Below, piece by piece: positions 42,704 to 56,178 of a stretch of 64,000 nucleotides of DNA. The position numbers were made by a program, and so were the translations under genes. Every line of letters begins with the position of its first letter. Position 1 is the first letter of the stretch. This DNA is from Eledone cirrhosa (lineage: Eukaryota): the NCBI GenBank assembly GCA_964016885.1, contig OZ024741.1, positions 105,772,001-105,836,000 on the forward strand, in the 5' to 3' direction. The notes beneath the pieces were generated by a model. That model was not told where the DNA came from, ran no database searches, and saw nothing but the letters and a program-made list of their open reading frames with translations.

Positions 42704-42883
42704 CAGTGGTTCTCAATGTGGGCTCTGCAAAGGAGTGTCTGGGGTTCTGTGAAAAAAGGTAGAGGAGTATATTTATATTATGACCATATAAGGGTTTAGA
42801 CTTTGAGCCCCCCCCCCCCCCCCCCTCCCCTCAAGTTTCTGAACCAAAAAGGGTTCCACGTCTGAAAAAGTTTGGGAAACATT
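42704..42883. mobile_element. Probable hAT/Charlie-type MITE
   Basis: Starts CAGTGGTTCTCAA after ctagag, ends in a degenerate aaaagtttgggaaaca, and interrupts the RTE RT at the FVKLE|FD motif. Confidence 0.55.
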
Positions 42884-44036
42884 TATCTACTTTTGACATA
42901 GTACCTCGATCACTCATCTAGTGGTGTTTAAGGAAACTAGATGTAGAAGAGTGGCTTGTGAGAGCAGTGCAAGCCATGTACAGAGGAGCTGTAAGTAAAG
43001 TGAGAATAGGAAGTGAGTTTAGTGAGGAAATCAAGGTACAGGTAGGAGTGCATCAGGGTTCAGTTCTTAGCCCATATCTGTTTATCCTACTTGCCCAGGC
43101 TATAATAGAGGAGTTTAAGACTGGTTGCCCCTGGGAACTACTGTATGCTGAGTATCTGGTCCTCATAGCTGAATCTCTGGAAGAACTAGAGAATAAATTC
43201 TGGTTGTGGAAACAGAACATAGAATCAAAAGGACTGGGAGTAAACTAATCTAAACCAAAATGTTAATAAGTAAAAAAGAAGACAAGGCACTGATCTTATC
43301 AAGGAAGTGGCCTTCCTTGACATGTAGAAAGGGAGTAGCCATAAATTCTATATGATGTATACAATGCAAATTTTGGGTACACAAGAGGTGAAGTGGGATA
43401 ATAGGCAGACTAACAGGAAAGGAAGGCTTCATATATAGTAGATATTTAGGGTCAATTGATAGTAAGAGTGCCAATAATAATATAAACTTTTTCCAATCCC
43501 TGGAAGAATCCATAGAAGTAGTTGATAGCTTCTGCTACATGGGTAATATATTTAGCAGTGGAGGAGGTGAGGGCTCTGGAAGCATAGTAGCTAGAATATA
43601 GATAGGTTGGACGAAGTTTAGGAAACTGCTATCCCTATTAACAACAAACAGTTTTTCCCTACAAAAGGTCAGCTGTATGATGCTTGTGTGTGAAGTGTGA
43701 TGCTGCATGTTAGTGAGACATGGGCAGTGACTGCAGAGGACATGTGAAGGCTGGAGAGAAATGGGGTAAGCATGCTTCAATGGATGTGCAATATTAATGT
43801 ACAAGAATGACAAAGTATAGATGAACAGAGACACTGGGTATAAAGCTGAACTGAAAGTCAAATAATGCATGTTTTTATTGGTAATATGAGCATCCCCAAA
43901 TATATCAATACTTTAAAATGGTTATCTTCCCTTAAAGTTCTAAGGGAGAGAACTATAACTTTTTGAGATGATTAAATGTGATTTTGATTATATTCTGGGT
44001 GGGAGGAGTTTGGACACACGAAGAGTGCTGAGATAA

Positions 44037-44077
<41 letters not shown>

Positions 44078-44448
44078 TATATATATATAAATTTAGCGAG
44101 AATCGTATTTCGGCGGGTAGAAATTAGCGAAACGCAACTTCCATATTGTGCAGACAAGCGCTCCATGGATATGAAGAAGATGATACCAGAGCTATAAACA
44201 TAAGTTAAAATGGTCATTAAGAAGCCATTAACCATCATAGCCAAAAAAGCGAACAAGCTAAACGGGTCAAACAAAATGAGATATGATTGAAATATATATA
44301 TATATATATATATAAAAGGCAGAGTTAATAACTTATACTGATACCCTGTAATTAACAAGCTCAAAGTATAAATACTGAGCATTTCAATAATATATGTAGT
44401 AATAAACACAGTAATTTTAGACACACAATTTACTGTGTTTATTACTAT

Positions 44449-44505
<57 letters not shown>

Positions 44506-45084
44506 AACATAGGAGAACCCTAGTGTTGGTGATCTGCATGATAAACACACCCAGTACACGCTATAAAGTGGTTGGTAATAGGAAAGGCATCCAGCTGTAG
44601 AACACTTGCTAAACAAAAATTTGAGGAGACCTGTCAGTTATGTCAAAGACATGACAACCTCCCTAGTGCTGGTGCCATGATAAAATTTACCTGATAGAAC
44701 GTGAAACCGTATGTAAGTGAGATGCGGACCCCTGGCCTGTCTTGTATGTCAGTATCCCCGCTTCAGTAGTAACTCGGTTTGTGAAAATCCATCCAACCCT
44801 TGATAGCAGGGAAAGGAGACATTAAATAATTAGTATGTTTCCTATCACCGAATGTCCTTTCTAATGCCAACCACTTTACAGAATTGTGCTTTAAATGGCA
44901 CCAACACTTACACTTTACAGGGTGTACTGGGTGCATATTATCATGGCACCAGTAGTAGAAAGGTTGTCACATGCTCATCCAGATGGAAGGGCCTCTCAAA
45001 CCCTATATCATACTGATTACCAACACTGTAGCCTCCATGCTTACTATAATATTTGGAGACCTTCCAAGATGGGTGAGATTGAAG

Positions 45085-45680
45085 CTGTTGATGTTCAGTT
45101 TAAATTGTTGTTGGTTGACTCCTGTATGAAAGACATGTAGGTCAAGAATTCCAGAGGGATGATTCTCTGAAGACGAAGGACTGGAGGTAGTGTTTAATGC
45201 TGGGTCTGAGGAGTTGGACATAATATGGATGGTAGGAGGAGGAGAGACAATTGAGCCAGGAGTACCTGAATGAAGGTGGAGTGACGTCAGCTAGCTTCAA
45301 GGAGCATATACCATTGTAGTAGTAGAAGAAATGTGAGTCAGAGGCTAGAGTACATTTGTCAATGACTTTATGCCAATTACATGAGTGACCCTTTTCTAGA
45401 TGTGGGCTAGAATAGTTGTTTGTGCAGCAGCTGCACTGTCCCAAATATGGTAGCAATACTGCATTTTGTGTTTTAACTGAACATTGTTGAGGGTCAAAAG
45501 TTTTTAGGAAATATTTTCTGGCTCTGAATAGAAAGGCTAGTCTTTGAGATGCATTTCTAGTTAAATTAAGGATGTTTGTTCTCCATGAGAGATCCACAGT
45601 GATAGTGAAGTTTAACATTTGGAATGAATACAAGGGCTCTTCTAATTTTATGCTGTTCATACTTACGGGTGAGGTGCAGT
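45085..45680 (-). mobile_element. CR1/Jockey-group LINE 3' fragment
   Basis: DLSWRTNILNLTRNASQRLAFLFRARKYF...YLQSFVFRESSLWNS resembles the post-RT region. Confidence 0.65.
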
Positions 45681-45947
45681 GATATTTTAATTCCAATTAA
45701 CAAATCAAATAAACAATGATAAAAATGAATCAGATATTTCACTGATTTAGTTTCAGTTATTCAACTGATCTGCAGTCATAATAGGGAAACATCTTTAAAA
45801 GTTTCTGCAATAATATCGATACCAGTACTTATTTCAATCTCTATTTGTTTTAAGTGATTTATTGCTGCAGAGTTGCAAGTATTTTTTTCCCAAAAATTGT
45901 CAACTGAGTCATCTCTTTCCTGAGCTGGCCATGACTAGTAGTGTATA

Positions 45948-45998
<51 letters not shown>

Positions 45999-46169
45999 AG
46001 TGTGTGGTTGGTGTTAGGAAGGGCATCCAGCCATAGAAAACCTGCCAGATAGTCCTATACGAGCTAGACATGGTCACCGATCAATCTTGCCTCAAGTGGG
46101 ACAATTCCCGTCTAACCCATGCTAGCGTGGAAGATAGACGTTAAACGATGATGATGATGATTATTATAT

Positions 46170-46735
46170 CATCATCTTTTCCATTGCATTCAATGCTCCC
46201 CAGGCTTTTCCCAGTCTGATGTTAACATCATGTTCTGTGGAGGCGATATAGCTACCCAGGTATTTGAAGTCGTCAACTTGCTTGATTGTATCGCCGTTTA
46301 GACTTCGCATACCAACTGAGGAATCTTGGTCCAGGCAAATATATTCTGTTTTGCCTGCGTTACCATAGAGTCCGATTTCCTTTGCAACTGATTCGATGCT
46401 GTGAAGTAGTGATGTTGCATCCTTAAGGATCTCTATGGCAATATACCACCTATCAGAAGGTCAATACGTGGACAGAGACTCAGATTTGCTGGCCACTGTT
46501 GGCGCAGCAAGGAAGAAATAGCAGGTGATGTGTTGTTATGGAGTCCATCTCATGGAGCAAGAAACGCTGGTCATCCCAAGAAGACATACGTCAAGCAACT
46601 TGAGGACGATACTGGATGCACTGCGGAAGAACTGGCAAACGCTATGAGAGACAGAGATGGCAAACGCTATGAGAGACAGAGATGGATGGAGGAAACGTGT
46701 CGTAGAAAACCGAGCAAGCTCAACCTGATGATGAT
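46170..46735 (+). mobile_element. Short RTE-group LINE with 5' inversion
   Basis: Minus 46170-46425 reads QVDDFKYLGSYIASTEHDVNIRLGKAW. Plus 46430-46735 reads QRLRFAGHCWR...LLWSP...HPKKTYVKQL...MRDRD, then (GAT)n. Confidence 0.75.
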
Positions 46736-46739
46736 ATTG

Positions 46740-48840
46740 TCATCATCATCATCATCACCATTTTACGTCCGTTCTTCCACGCTAGCATGGGTTAGACGGG
46801 TTGTCCTGTTGTGGGCAGTGTCTGGTCGGCTGACCATGCCTTGCTCATACAGGAACTGATTTTGGCTTGATTTCTACAGCTGGATGCCCTTCCTAACACC
46901 AACCTCATTTACAGTGAGTGCTGGGTGCTTTTTCCGTGGCGCCTACACGTCCACTTTACAGTGTGGGCTGGGTGCTTTTTTGCCGTGGCACCTCCACGAC
47001 CACTTTGCAGTGGGAGGGTGTGGGGGCATATTGTCTATATGCTTCAGCTTGTACCCATGGGAGGTCGGGTACTCTGTATTACTGCATGACGCCAGAGGTC
47101 ACGGTCGTGTCATCGCCTTTGAGAGGTGTAATTGGGTAAGGTCGGCTTTTATCACCTCATCCCAGGTCTTCTTGGGTCTCCCCACTCCGCGGTTTCCATT
47201 GACTTCTAGTGCTCTGCACCTTTTATGCAGCTGTCATCCTTCATATGCATCACATGTCCATACCAACGCAACCGCCTCTCCTGCACACAACATTTGATTC
47301 CTCTTATACTCAGTCTCTCTCTCAATTCATATATGCTTTGTCGGTCGCGTATATTACTATTACACATCCATCGGAGCATGCAGGCTTCGTTTCTTTCTAA
47401 TCTACGTAAGTCTTCCACCTTCAGTGCCCAGGTCTCACTACCATGTAACATTGCTGTTCGGATACACGCATCATACAGTCTTCCTTTCATTTTGAGGGAG
47501 AAGCCTTTTGCAGCTAGCAGTGGCAGTAGTTCCCTGAACTTTTTCCATCCCGTTCTTACTCTAGTTATTGTACTTTCTGAACACCCACCTCCGCTGCTAA
47601 TTCGGTCACCGAGGTAGCAGAAGCTGTCTATTGTTTCTACAGAGCCCTCCCAGAGATTGGTGGTACTTGTTTCCTGTGGCTGTTTGCTGCTTGCTGTCCC
47701 AGCACAGCTGCTACATGTGAAGCCTACATTCTTAATTAAGCTTCCTGAGATCCCACTACATCTCTTGTGTACCAATTGTTTGCATTTGGGGCAGAGAATG
47801 GAGTTCCTACCTACATCTTTCCTACATACTGAGCAAGGCCATTCCTGAGGGGATCTGGGTTCTGTTTTCTCGTCTACTTACAAGGACCTTAGTCTTTGTC
47901 AGGTTGACTTTGAGACCCTTTCTTTCTGGTCCCTGCTTCCAAGTTTGGAATTTCTTCTCTAGTTCTACCATAGATTCAGCTATAAGTGCGAGGTCATCTG
48001 CATACAGGAGTTCCCATGGGCATCCGGTCTTAAACTCCTCCGTTATTGCCTGCAGGACTATGATGAACAGGAGAGGGCTAAGAACAGAGCCCTGGTGGAC
48101 ACCAACCTGTACGCTAAATTCCTCGCTATACTCATTGCTAATCCTAACTTTGCTGACTGCTCCCCTATACATGGCTTGTACAGCTTTCACAAGCCATTCA
48201 TCTACTCCTAGTTTTCTAAGAGCCCACCAGATTATAGCACGTGGAACTCTGTCAAAGGCTTTCTCGAGATCGACGAATGCCAGGTAGAGTGGCTTACTTT
48301 TAGCTAGGTACTTTTCCTGTAACTGCCTCACAAGGAAGAGGGCATCAGTGGTGCCTCTTCCTGGTACAAACCCAAATTTCATCTCATCTAGTTTCACCCG
48401 GTCCCTAATCAACTGTGCTATAACTCTTTCTGTTACTTTCATGACCTGGTCCATTAGCTTTATACCTCTATAGTTTCCTCTATCTAGTGCATCACCTTTA
48501 CCTTTGTAGCAGTTGACAATGATGCTACTGCACCAATCTTTTGGTATGACACCTTCTAGTATTACCTGGTTAACAATACGTGTGGTTATAGTGTGACCTA
48601 CAGACCGAAATGCCTTCAGCATCTCGGCAGCTATACCCGATGGACTGGTTGCCTTCCCATCTTCATATCTTTGATTGCCTTACTTACTACGCTGCTGCTG
48701 ACTTGTACTGCTGGCCCCTCTATAGGGTCTACTTGGGGTAGGGTCTCTTCTTCCCATGCATTCTCCTCATTTAGTAATCTATCATAATGGCTCTTCCATG
48801 CATCTTTCTTCTCAGCACATGTGAGGGCAAGCTTACCTTT
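46740..48840 (-). mobile_element. RTE LINE, 5'-truncated, RT plus PHD-like finger
   Basis: ORF 47822-48622 has NYRGIKL, DLEKAFDRVP, GVHQGSVLSP and LLYADD. ORF 47206-47775 has VHKRC..FTCSSC, FCYLGD and RRLRWYGH. Confidence 0.93.
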
Positions 48841-48992
48841 ATATATGTATATATATATATATATATTGTAGTACAAACTTGGTATAAATATCCAAGGGTT
48901 TAGAGCTCTCAGTCTGTAGACTGAATGAGTTGGTGTTAAACCTAATGAAACTTAAATATCGGCATATGTCACTGTTGTAACTGATTATATAT

Positions 48993-49770
48993 ATCATCAT
49001 CATTGCATCTGTTTTTCCATGCTTGCATGGGTTGGGCGGGTCCTTCTAAGCATGGTATATCTCCACGCATCGCGTTCCTTTGTCATCTCCTCTGTGAGTC
49101 TCAGCGATTTGAGGTCAGCTCTCATAACCTCTACCCAGGTCTTTCTTGGTCTACCTCTACTGCAACTTGCTCCCACTGGGATTTCCTGGCACATCTTCAC
49201 TCCAACAACCATTGTCCATACCAACACAGTCTTCTTTACCACACACCACCTTAAATTCCTCTTAAACCCAGCTTCTCCCTCAGCTCGTCCAAGCTTTGCC
49301 TTTCTCTCACATTTACATTGCACATCCAATGAAAGATGGTTGCTTCATTTCTTTCCAGTCTATACATGTCCTCTGCAGTCACTGCCCATATTTCAATACC
49401 ATGCAGCATCCCACCTTGCATACAGGCATTATTTTGTACATAGTACCAATAATGCACTGAGATAATTGCTGGCCTTGTGCCAAAAGTAGAAACAATTATT
49501 TTGTACGTAGGGAGAAACCTTTTGTAAACTTTTTCATCCTTTACTTATTCTATTTATTATGATCTGAGCACTCTCTTCTGTTGCTAATTAAGTCGCTTAG
49601 ATAGCAGAGGCTATCAACCACTTCTATGGGCCCTTCCTGGACTGGAAAAGGTTTATATCACTGGCACTCCTCCTCTCAATTACCCCTGTGCATCTACACA
49701 GTCTTCTTTTCCAGTTAGTCTCCCCATTATCCCACTATATCTCTTGTATACCCTAGATTTCCATTGTGTA
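48993..49770 (-). mobile_element. Degenerate RTE 3' fragment interrupted by a SINE tail
   Basis: RLERNEA and RGRPRKTW with a (GAT)n tail. The SINE 3' end sits at about 49442-49500. Confidence 0.75.
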
Positions 49771-50087
49771 ATAATTTTTATTTTTATTTTCTTAAGTCGT
49801 ATATTTTTTATTTTTTTATTTTGATTTTGATGTGATGGCCTTTTGCATCATATGGTTGTCCATTGTTTTTTATTTTTATTTTTTATTATTATTTTTTCTT
49901 ATAATTAATTGTGTGATTATGTAGGTGTGTGTACATATGTATGCGTGTATATATGTGTGTATGTATGTGTGTGTATGTACGTGTGTATATATGCATGATT
50001 GTGTGTGTGTGTATATGTATATATATATATATATATATACATGTGTGTGTGTTTGTGTATTTGTGTGTATGTGTATGTATGGATATG

Positions 50088-50124
<37 letters not shown>

Positions 50125-50149
50125 GTGTGTGTGTATGTGTATATATGTG

Positions 50150-50194
<45 letters not shown>

Positions 50195-50493
50195 GTGTGT
50201 ATGTATATGTGTGTGTGCGTGTGTTTCTCTACTTTTATATTTATTCTGTTTCCTTTCCTTCTTCCTTTTCCAGCCTCACTTTCATATAGATTATATTTTT
50301 GTTTAAAATCCACTGTCAATAAATACACCAGGATTTTTTTATTCTGATAACTGAAAGCAAATTTTGTTTGCTTTCAAGAAACCACTGGTAAATGAAATAA
50401 TTATCTTATGTTGTTTATTACATAACTATTAAGCTCTGTAACCTACATAGAGCACTCTTTTTTCCTGGACCTTTCCAACAGAATTACTTCATT

Positions 50494-50545
<52 letters not shown>

Positions 50546-50992
50546 TGTGTATATGTATACATACACACCTCTAAAACAATGTTATCCTATAAAGGATATG
50601 TACCTTCAAAAGATATTGAAAATTCAACAAAATATACAAAAATGTTAAGATACGATGTATTTACAAGCACAAAACTAAAAAATAAACACCAATAATTGAC
50701 AACTGAGAAGTATATTGATCAAAATAACTAATTTTATTAAAATATAAAAGATATGAATTCAAGATGATAACTTATGAGGGAAATTTTGTTGGAATTTGAG
50801 CTTGTTTAACAGCTCTAGTTAGATTGGTATACAGCTAACCACTGCTTAATGGATTGTGTAGTATGGTCCATCAGGCGGGAAGATGGGGAAAGGGGCTTTG
50901 GAGTTTTTAGCCAACACTGAAGTGAGTATACGAGCATAAGCCTTCATCTGCTGAGCTGACAAGTGGTCTTTCATAAAATAACAGATCGTATT

Positions 50993-51204
50993 ATTTTTAC
51001 TATAGAAATAATAGGGCATATAATCCCCTTAATGGAAAAAAATGGACAGTAGCACTAGTGGGACTCAAACCCACACCTTCAAACTTGCCAGAAAAAGGTA
51101 TTTTGGTGTAAAATATCTGACCACTCAGCATGAAGGTGTGGGTTCAAGTCTCACAGGTGCTAATGTCCATTTTTTTCCATTTAGACTATTTTTCTATAGT
51201 AAAA
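50993..51204. repeat. Fold-back element whose arms contain a tRNA T-arm/B-box
   Basis: aatggaaaaaaatggaca.tagcac...gggactcaaacccacaccttca pairs with tgaaggtgtgggttcaagtctcac..gtgcta.tgtccatttttttccatt. Outer arms ttttactatagaaa / tttctatagtaaaa. Confidence 0.75.
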
Positions 51205-52269
51205 GATTTCAAAGAAGCTTCTAACTTTCTTATAAATTTCAAATTCTGCTCAGTTTTTAAACACATGTTCGTATATATAAGTGTTTGTAAGAATAATGAG
51301 ATAATGTGACATGTATGAAAAATTAATTAAAAATTGGGATAGTGTACTTAATGAAATTAGCACCAGTGTGATTGAGGGTATTGATTGACGTGTTGTGATT
51401 GGGAATCTTCATTAATAAGTGAGCAGATCAGTGGGAGTTCAATACCAATGCTATAAAATCCACAGTTCATCTCCACCCCCACCAATGCTACAACACCCTA
51501 GAGCTCACTCCCACCAATGCTCTAACACCCTAGAAGGAGCTCATCACTAACACTACATCAATTAAAATCTATAAATGATTTTTTTTGTATTGTATGGTCA
51601 CGCCTGCTTAAACCACAAGGTAATATATTTTTTTTTAATTTGAAAGAACTGGATGAAGGAGCAATAGCCATGGCCTTCATGAGCCCTCCAAAAGTGGAAG
51701 TTGATGTTAATCTGCTAAACTGCATCAGTCATCAGTTTTCTTTATAAATTGAATATTAAAGGTAGGAATTCTTTTGGTTGGTCTGAAGGAAAGAGCAGTA
51801 CTCATGGCCTTCTCAAATCTCTAAATCCAGTTAGATTGATGCTGTTGATCTTTTGCAGTTATCTTCGTAAACAAAACATTAACCTGTTGACTGTCGCATA
51901 TATTTTACACAGCTACAGTTGCTGTGCCGTTTTATTTTTTCAGTAAAATGACTATTTTGTTTAAACAAACATTTATCAACAACACATCTGAATGATTGAC
52001 AAATGTAACATCAATAAACTAGTAACCCCATCTAGCTTTGAAGTTATGAACTGTTGGAAAAGAGATCAAATATGTTAAAATGAGTTACCTCATCTATGAC
52101 ACTGGAATGCATATATGTTAGGATGAGTTATTTCGTCTATGGCACTGAAGAGGTTAAAGGTGAATAGGAACTTCTTGGTTGGTCTGGAGGAAGGAGCAAT
52201 GCTTATGACCTTCATATCCCTCCAAGACTAGAGAGATTGATGCTTTAAACTTTAGGCCAGTAGTTTCCT

Positions 52270-52597
52270 TCATAAATTGAACATTAGAGGTGGATAGGAG
52301 TTCTTTTGGTTGGCCTGGTTCTCTAGTATCTGAAGTAACATCCTCTGTTTTAATTCTGCATTCTCAGCCTCAATTTTCTCTTTTATTAGCCGTTGCTTTT
52401 CACATTCAAGCTGGATGTCAAGAATAAGTAATTCTTTCTCATTCTCTTTCTGTGCCATTTCTAAAAGTTGTTTCTTCGCATTTTCATTTGTCTCCAATTC
52501 CAACAGACTCTGGTGAAGTGGAATTTTCCTCTTCCTACAATTTTCAAAGTTTTTATTAGCTACTGTGTTCTGGCATTGGGTATAAGAATCGGCCGCC
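52270..52597 (-). CDS. Probable terminal coding exon of a host (or domesticated) gene with an NLS-like motif and a coiled coil
   Basis: Acceptor ttttccttcttattcag precedes an open frame AADSYTQCQNTVANKNFENCRKRKIPLHQSLLELETNENAKKQLLEMAQKENEKELLILDIQLECEKQRL...PLMFNL*. The sequence is non-repetitive and E/K/L heptad-rich. Confidence 0.6.
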
Positions 52598-52799
52598 CTG
52601 AATAAGAAGGAAAAATGATGAAGGAAAACATAAAATTAGTTTGAAGGAGACATAATCAAAATTTATCTTTGATTTCTAACAAAGGCACAAGAACATACAA
52701 GAGAACAGTGTTAAAGAGAAACAGAATTGCAAATACACACACAATGACATAACGAAACATAATGCATATATACATATATACATACACACACACACAAGA

Positions 52800-52992
52800 A
52801 GGTAGTGAATTGGCAGTATGAGTAGGGCATTGGACAACATGGTTTGCAGCATAGATTTATGGCCCTTTACATTTCAAGTCCAAATCCCGCCAAGGATAAC
52901 TGTCTTTCATCTTCACAGGGTCAATAAAATAAAGTACCAGCAATGCACCGGGGTCAATTTAATTGACTTTCCCCTCTCCCAAAATCGGTGGC
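52800..52992 (+). mobile_element. Diverged tRNA-derived SINE
   Basis: tggcagtatgagtagggcattggacaacatg...ctttcatcttcacagggtcaataaaataaagtaccag. Confidence 0.8.
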
Positions 52993-53589
52993 CAATATTT
53001 AGTATATATGTGTATGTTTGTGTGTGTATAAGCTTAATAAGTAGAGACATGAAGACGAGTTAAAGCTTAATGTGTGTATGATCCACAAATATTAAGAACA
53101 AATTCATCCAAGGTGTACTACTTTTATTTACATAAAACAAATAACAAATACCGTCTAACCCATGCTAGCATGGAAGAACGGACGTAAAACGGTGATGATG
53201 ATGATGATGAAATAAAATGTGATCATTCTTTCTAAACCTTCGTTGTATTATTATTTATTATTCATGCTCTGTGATTTTACATTTGTACAATATTTGGATC
53301 CTATGAAGCACACCTTGAATGAATTTATTAATATTTGCAGATCGTCATGCACATTAAGCTATAAATCTGCTTGGCAATTCTTTACAAAGTAGATTTCTCA
53401 ACTTATTAAACATTTATATATGAATTCATATACACAGAGATATAAAGGCAAAAATGTGTGCATATATATGAATTTATAGATACATATTCATACACATAAT
53501 GCATATATATATGAATCCATACACAAACACAGAGATTGGTGTGTGTGTGTGTGTGAGAGAGAGAGAGCTTGTGCATACACGCATACATC

Positions 53590-55642
53590 TTTTTGTTGGA
53601 AACGTGGTGGTACCATCTGATGTTCTCAATGGTCCTCAGGTTTCTGCTATTAAGCCATCAATCCTCTTTGCCAACGCCTTTGTGAGGGGCCGTGTTTCTG
53701 CTCCATAGAGGAGAATGGAGAGGATCAACCTGTTGTAGATATGGAGCTTCATCTTCCGGGGAATAGAGCAGTGGCATCAAAGGGGCTTCCATACGGAGTG
53801 CAAGATCCCGGTGGCCAGACCACATCTGCAGTTGATCTCCAGGATCAGGTCTCTACTGTTGGTGACAGTTGAGCCCAGGTAAATGAAGGAGCTGACAAAT
53901 GCCATGATGTTGGGGCCAGTATGAAGCGGGAGTGGATCTGGGCCATTGCCAACATACATCAGCTTAGTCTTTGCTCAGCTCACTTGAAGGCCAAACTTTG
54001 CTGATTTCTCCCGGTATATGGTCAGTGTGTCCCTGAGTTGATCGATCAAGTTGCTGGATAGGGTGATGTCGTTCACGTACTCCACGTCAATAAGGTGGTA
54101 GTTCCTGAAGGCAACACCAGAAAGTTGCTCAAAAACCTTGGTAATCAGATAGTCAATGAAACAGCTGAAGAGGTCGAGGGCAGTCACAGAGCCCTATCTG
54201 ACTCCACTGTTGGAACCAGTTGGAGTCCTTCCTGTTTACCCGCACGCAACTCTCAACATTGCTATAGAACCGTTGGAACAGGTTGGCGCACCAATGAGTT
54301 TGAGAATTTTTCAGAAGGATGCGTGGTCGACAGTGTCAAAAGCAGCCTTGAGGTTGACAAAGGCAACAATTTCTGCGAAACTCCCAAAATATTTCAATAA
54401 TGAGACGGATGGCAGAAATGTGGTTGGTGGTAGATCGATTTAGCATGAACCTGGCTTATGGGTGAAGTCTATTTCTAATGGCGGAAAGAGTATGGCTGAG
54501 GAGGATTTTGGTGAAGAGCTTGCTTGAGATGGAGAGGAGAGTGATACCTCTGTGGTTACTGCAGATGAGTTTGCTGCACTTTCATTTCCAAAAGGGGAGA
54601 ATAATGCCCTGAGTCCAGTCATTTGGGAGCTGCTCTGATATCTGTACATGAATGACAATGTGGGTGAGCTACTGTATCATGTTATCGCTTCAACATCTTC
54701 AACAAGTTTTTAGGACAAAACCCACCCAATGACATCATGATCATCCTGACAGACGCCAATGCTACCATCTCCCCACTAACCGACCTAATGCAGACTCAGC
54801 CCATTGACACAACCTTCATTGACCATTCCACTAATGACAACAGTAATCACCAGCTGTTCCTGTGATACTACAACAATCTCTGTATCACCGACACCTGGTT
54901 CTCCCACAAACCAATCCATCAGCGGATTTGGTACAGTCTGGATGGCTAAACCTGGAATGCAATCGACTACATCATCATCTCCTGCCACTGAAGGTCGTTT
55001 ATCACCAACTGCTCAGCAATACTGACCATCAGTTGCTGGCTGCAACACTGGAGCTGAGGTGGCAGGCGGACCCTGCCACCAGGTACCAGCCTTGCCTTGA
55101 CTCATCCAGTCTCCATAATCCCAGCATTGCCTTTACATTTGCATACTCTGTCACCAATTGCTTCAGCACCCAGGCTGAGTACAAGATTGACAACTGAGAG
55201 AATCTTTAAATCAAACATCAACCTCTTCCCGGGTGGCCCTGGATTCCTCTGCAGACACTGCAGATAATTAACTGTCACTGCAAGTCCTATTTGCACTGCG
55301 ATATGAATGAGTACTGCCGACTCGGCCGGATAGTCAACAAGGCCATCACAAAAGATCAGGAGAGGTTTTGGGAGGAAGAAGCCGAGCACCTGGAGGCTGC
55401 AGCAAGGAACAGCAATCTTAGCTGCATGTTCAACACACTCCACAGAGTCAGTGCCTGTCCCAGGATCAAGACAGTGAAGGATACCAATGACAACATCATC
55501 ACCACAGAAACCACCTGCCTCAAACACACACCCATCCATCCCAATCGATCCCTACCTAGACACAGCTGCAGCCAAACAGACATGCAGACTCGATCCTGTC
55601 ACCCCAGATGAAGTCAGAGCTGCCCTGAAGACGCTCAACAAT
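53590..55642 (-). mobile_element. Old RTE-group LINE with inverted 5' (endonuclease) half
   Basis: Minus 53590-54680 has NHRGITLLS, FVNLKAAFDTVD, VEYVND and FIYLGS. Plus 54690-55642 has IMIILTDANA, LCITDTW, AIDYII, NTDHQLL and VTPDEVRAALKTLNN. Confidence 0.75.
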
Positions 55643-56098
55643 GTATGATAATATAAACAATACATTTACAAACTTTAAATGTGAAAAGAATATTTTTATA
55701 TAATAAGAAATGGACTACAACCATAAATCCGCTAATCCTAAAAAGTCTTTGATTTAAAAAAAGAAAATTATTGGAAAAAAAATTAATTCATTTTTATTTT
55801 TTTACAGATTCTCAATCATTGATGTTAACAAATATATAATCAAAGATGTTGGCACTACAACGCTATTAGCTGTCAGTCGAAGCAGCCGATGAAAGCAAAA
55901 CATCGTTTATTTCCGTATTACTACCACAAGTAAGTGGAGTAACTTAAATGAAATCTTTTTTTTTTTTTTTTATTAAAGCATATAGATGTAAGTGGAGTTA
56001 CTTAAATGAAAATATAAGGGCCAAATTAGAATATACCGCTGCGTTTTTACAGTTTTACTAGTTACACATACACACACACACATATATATATATATACA

Positions 56099-56178
56099 CA
56101 CGGTGTCCCCTCCAAAATATATACACACTTTGATTACTTTGCTGTTGAAGTGTGTATACATTTTTTGGGACACTGTGT
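56099..56178. mobile_element. ~80-bp Tc1/mariner-like mini-MITE
   Basis: cacggtgtccc..aaaatatatacacactt pairs with aagtgtgtatacattttttgggacactgtg in a TA-rich context. Confidence 0.6.

Larger units (their letters stand above)
38000..43830 (+). mobile_element. Degenerate RTE LINE split by the Gypsy insertion and a hAT MITE
   Basis: NYRDI*LTDQVMKVTESVLAQLINE before 38427 continues as RMRLNEMQFSFIPG after 42577, then GVHQGSVLSP and CPWELLYAE. Confidence 0.85.
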
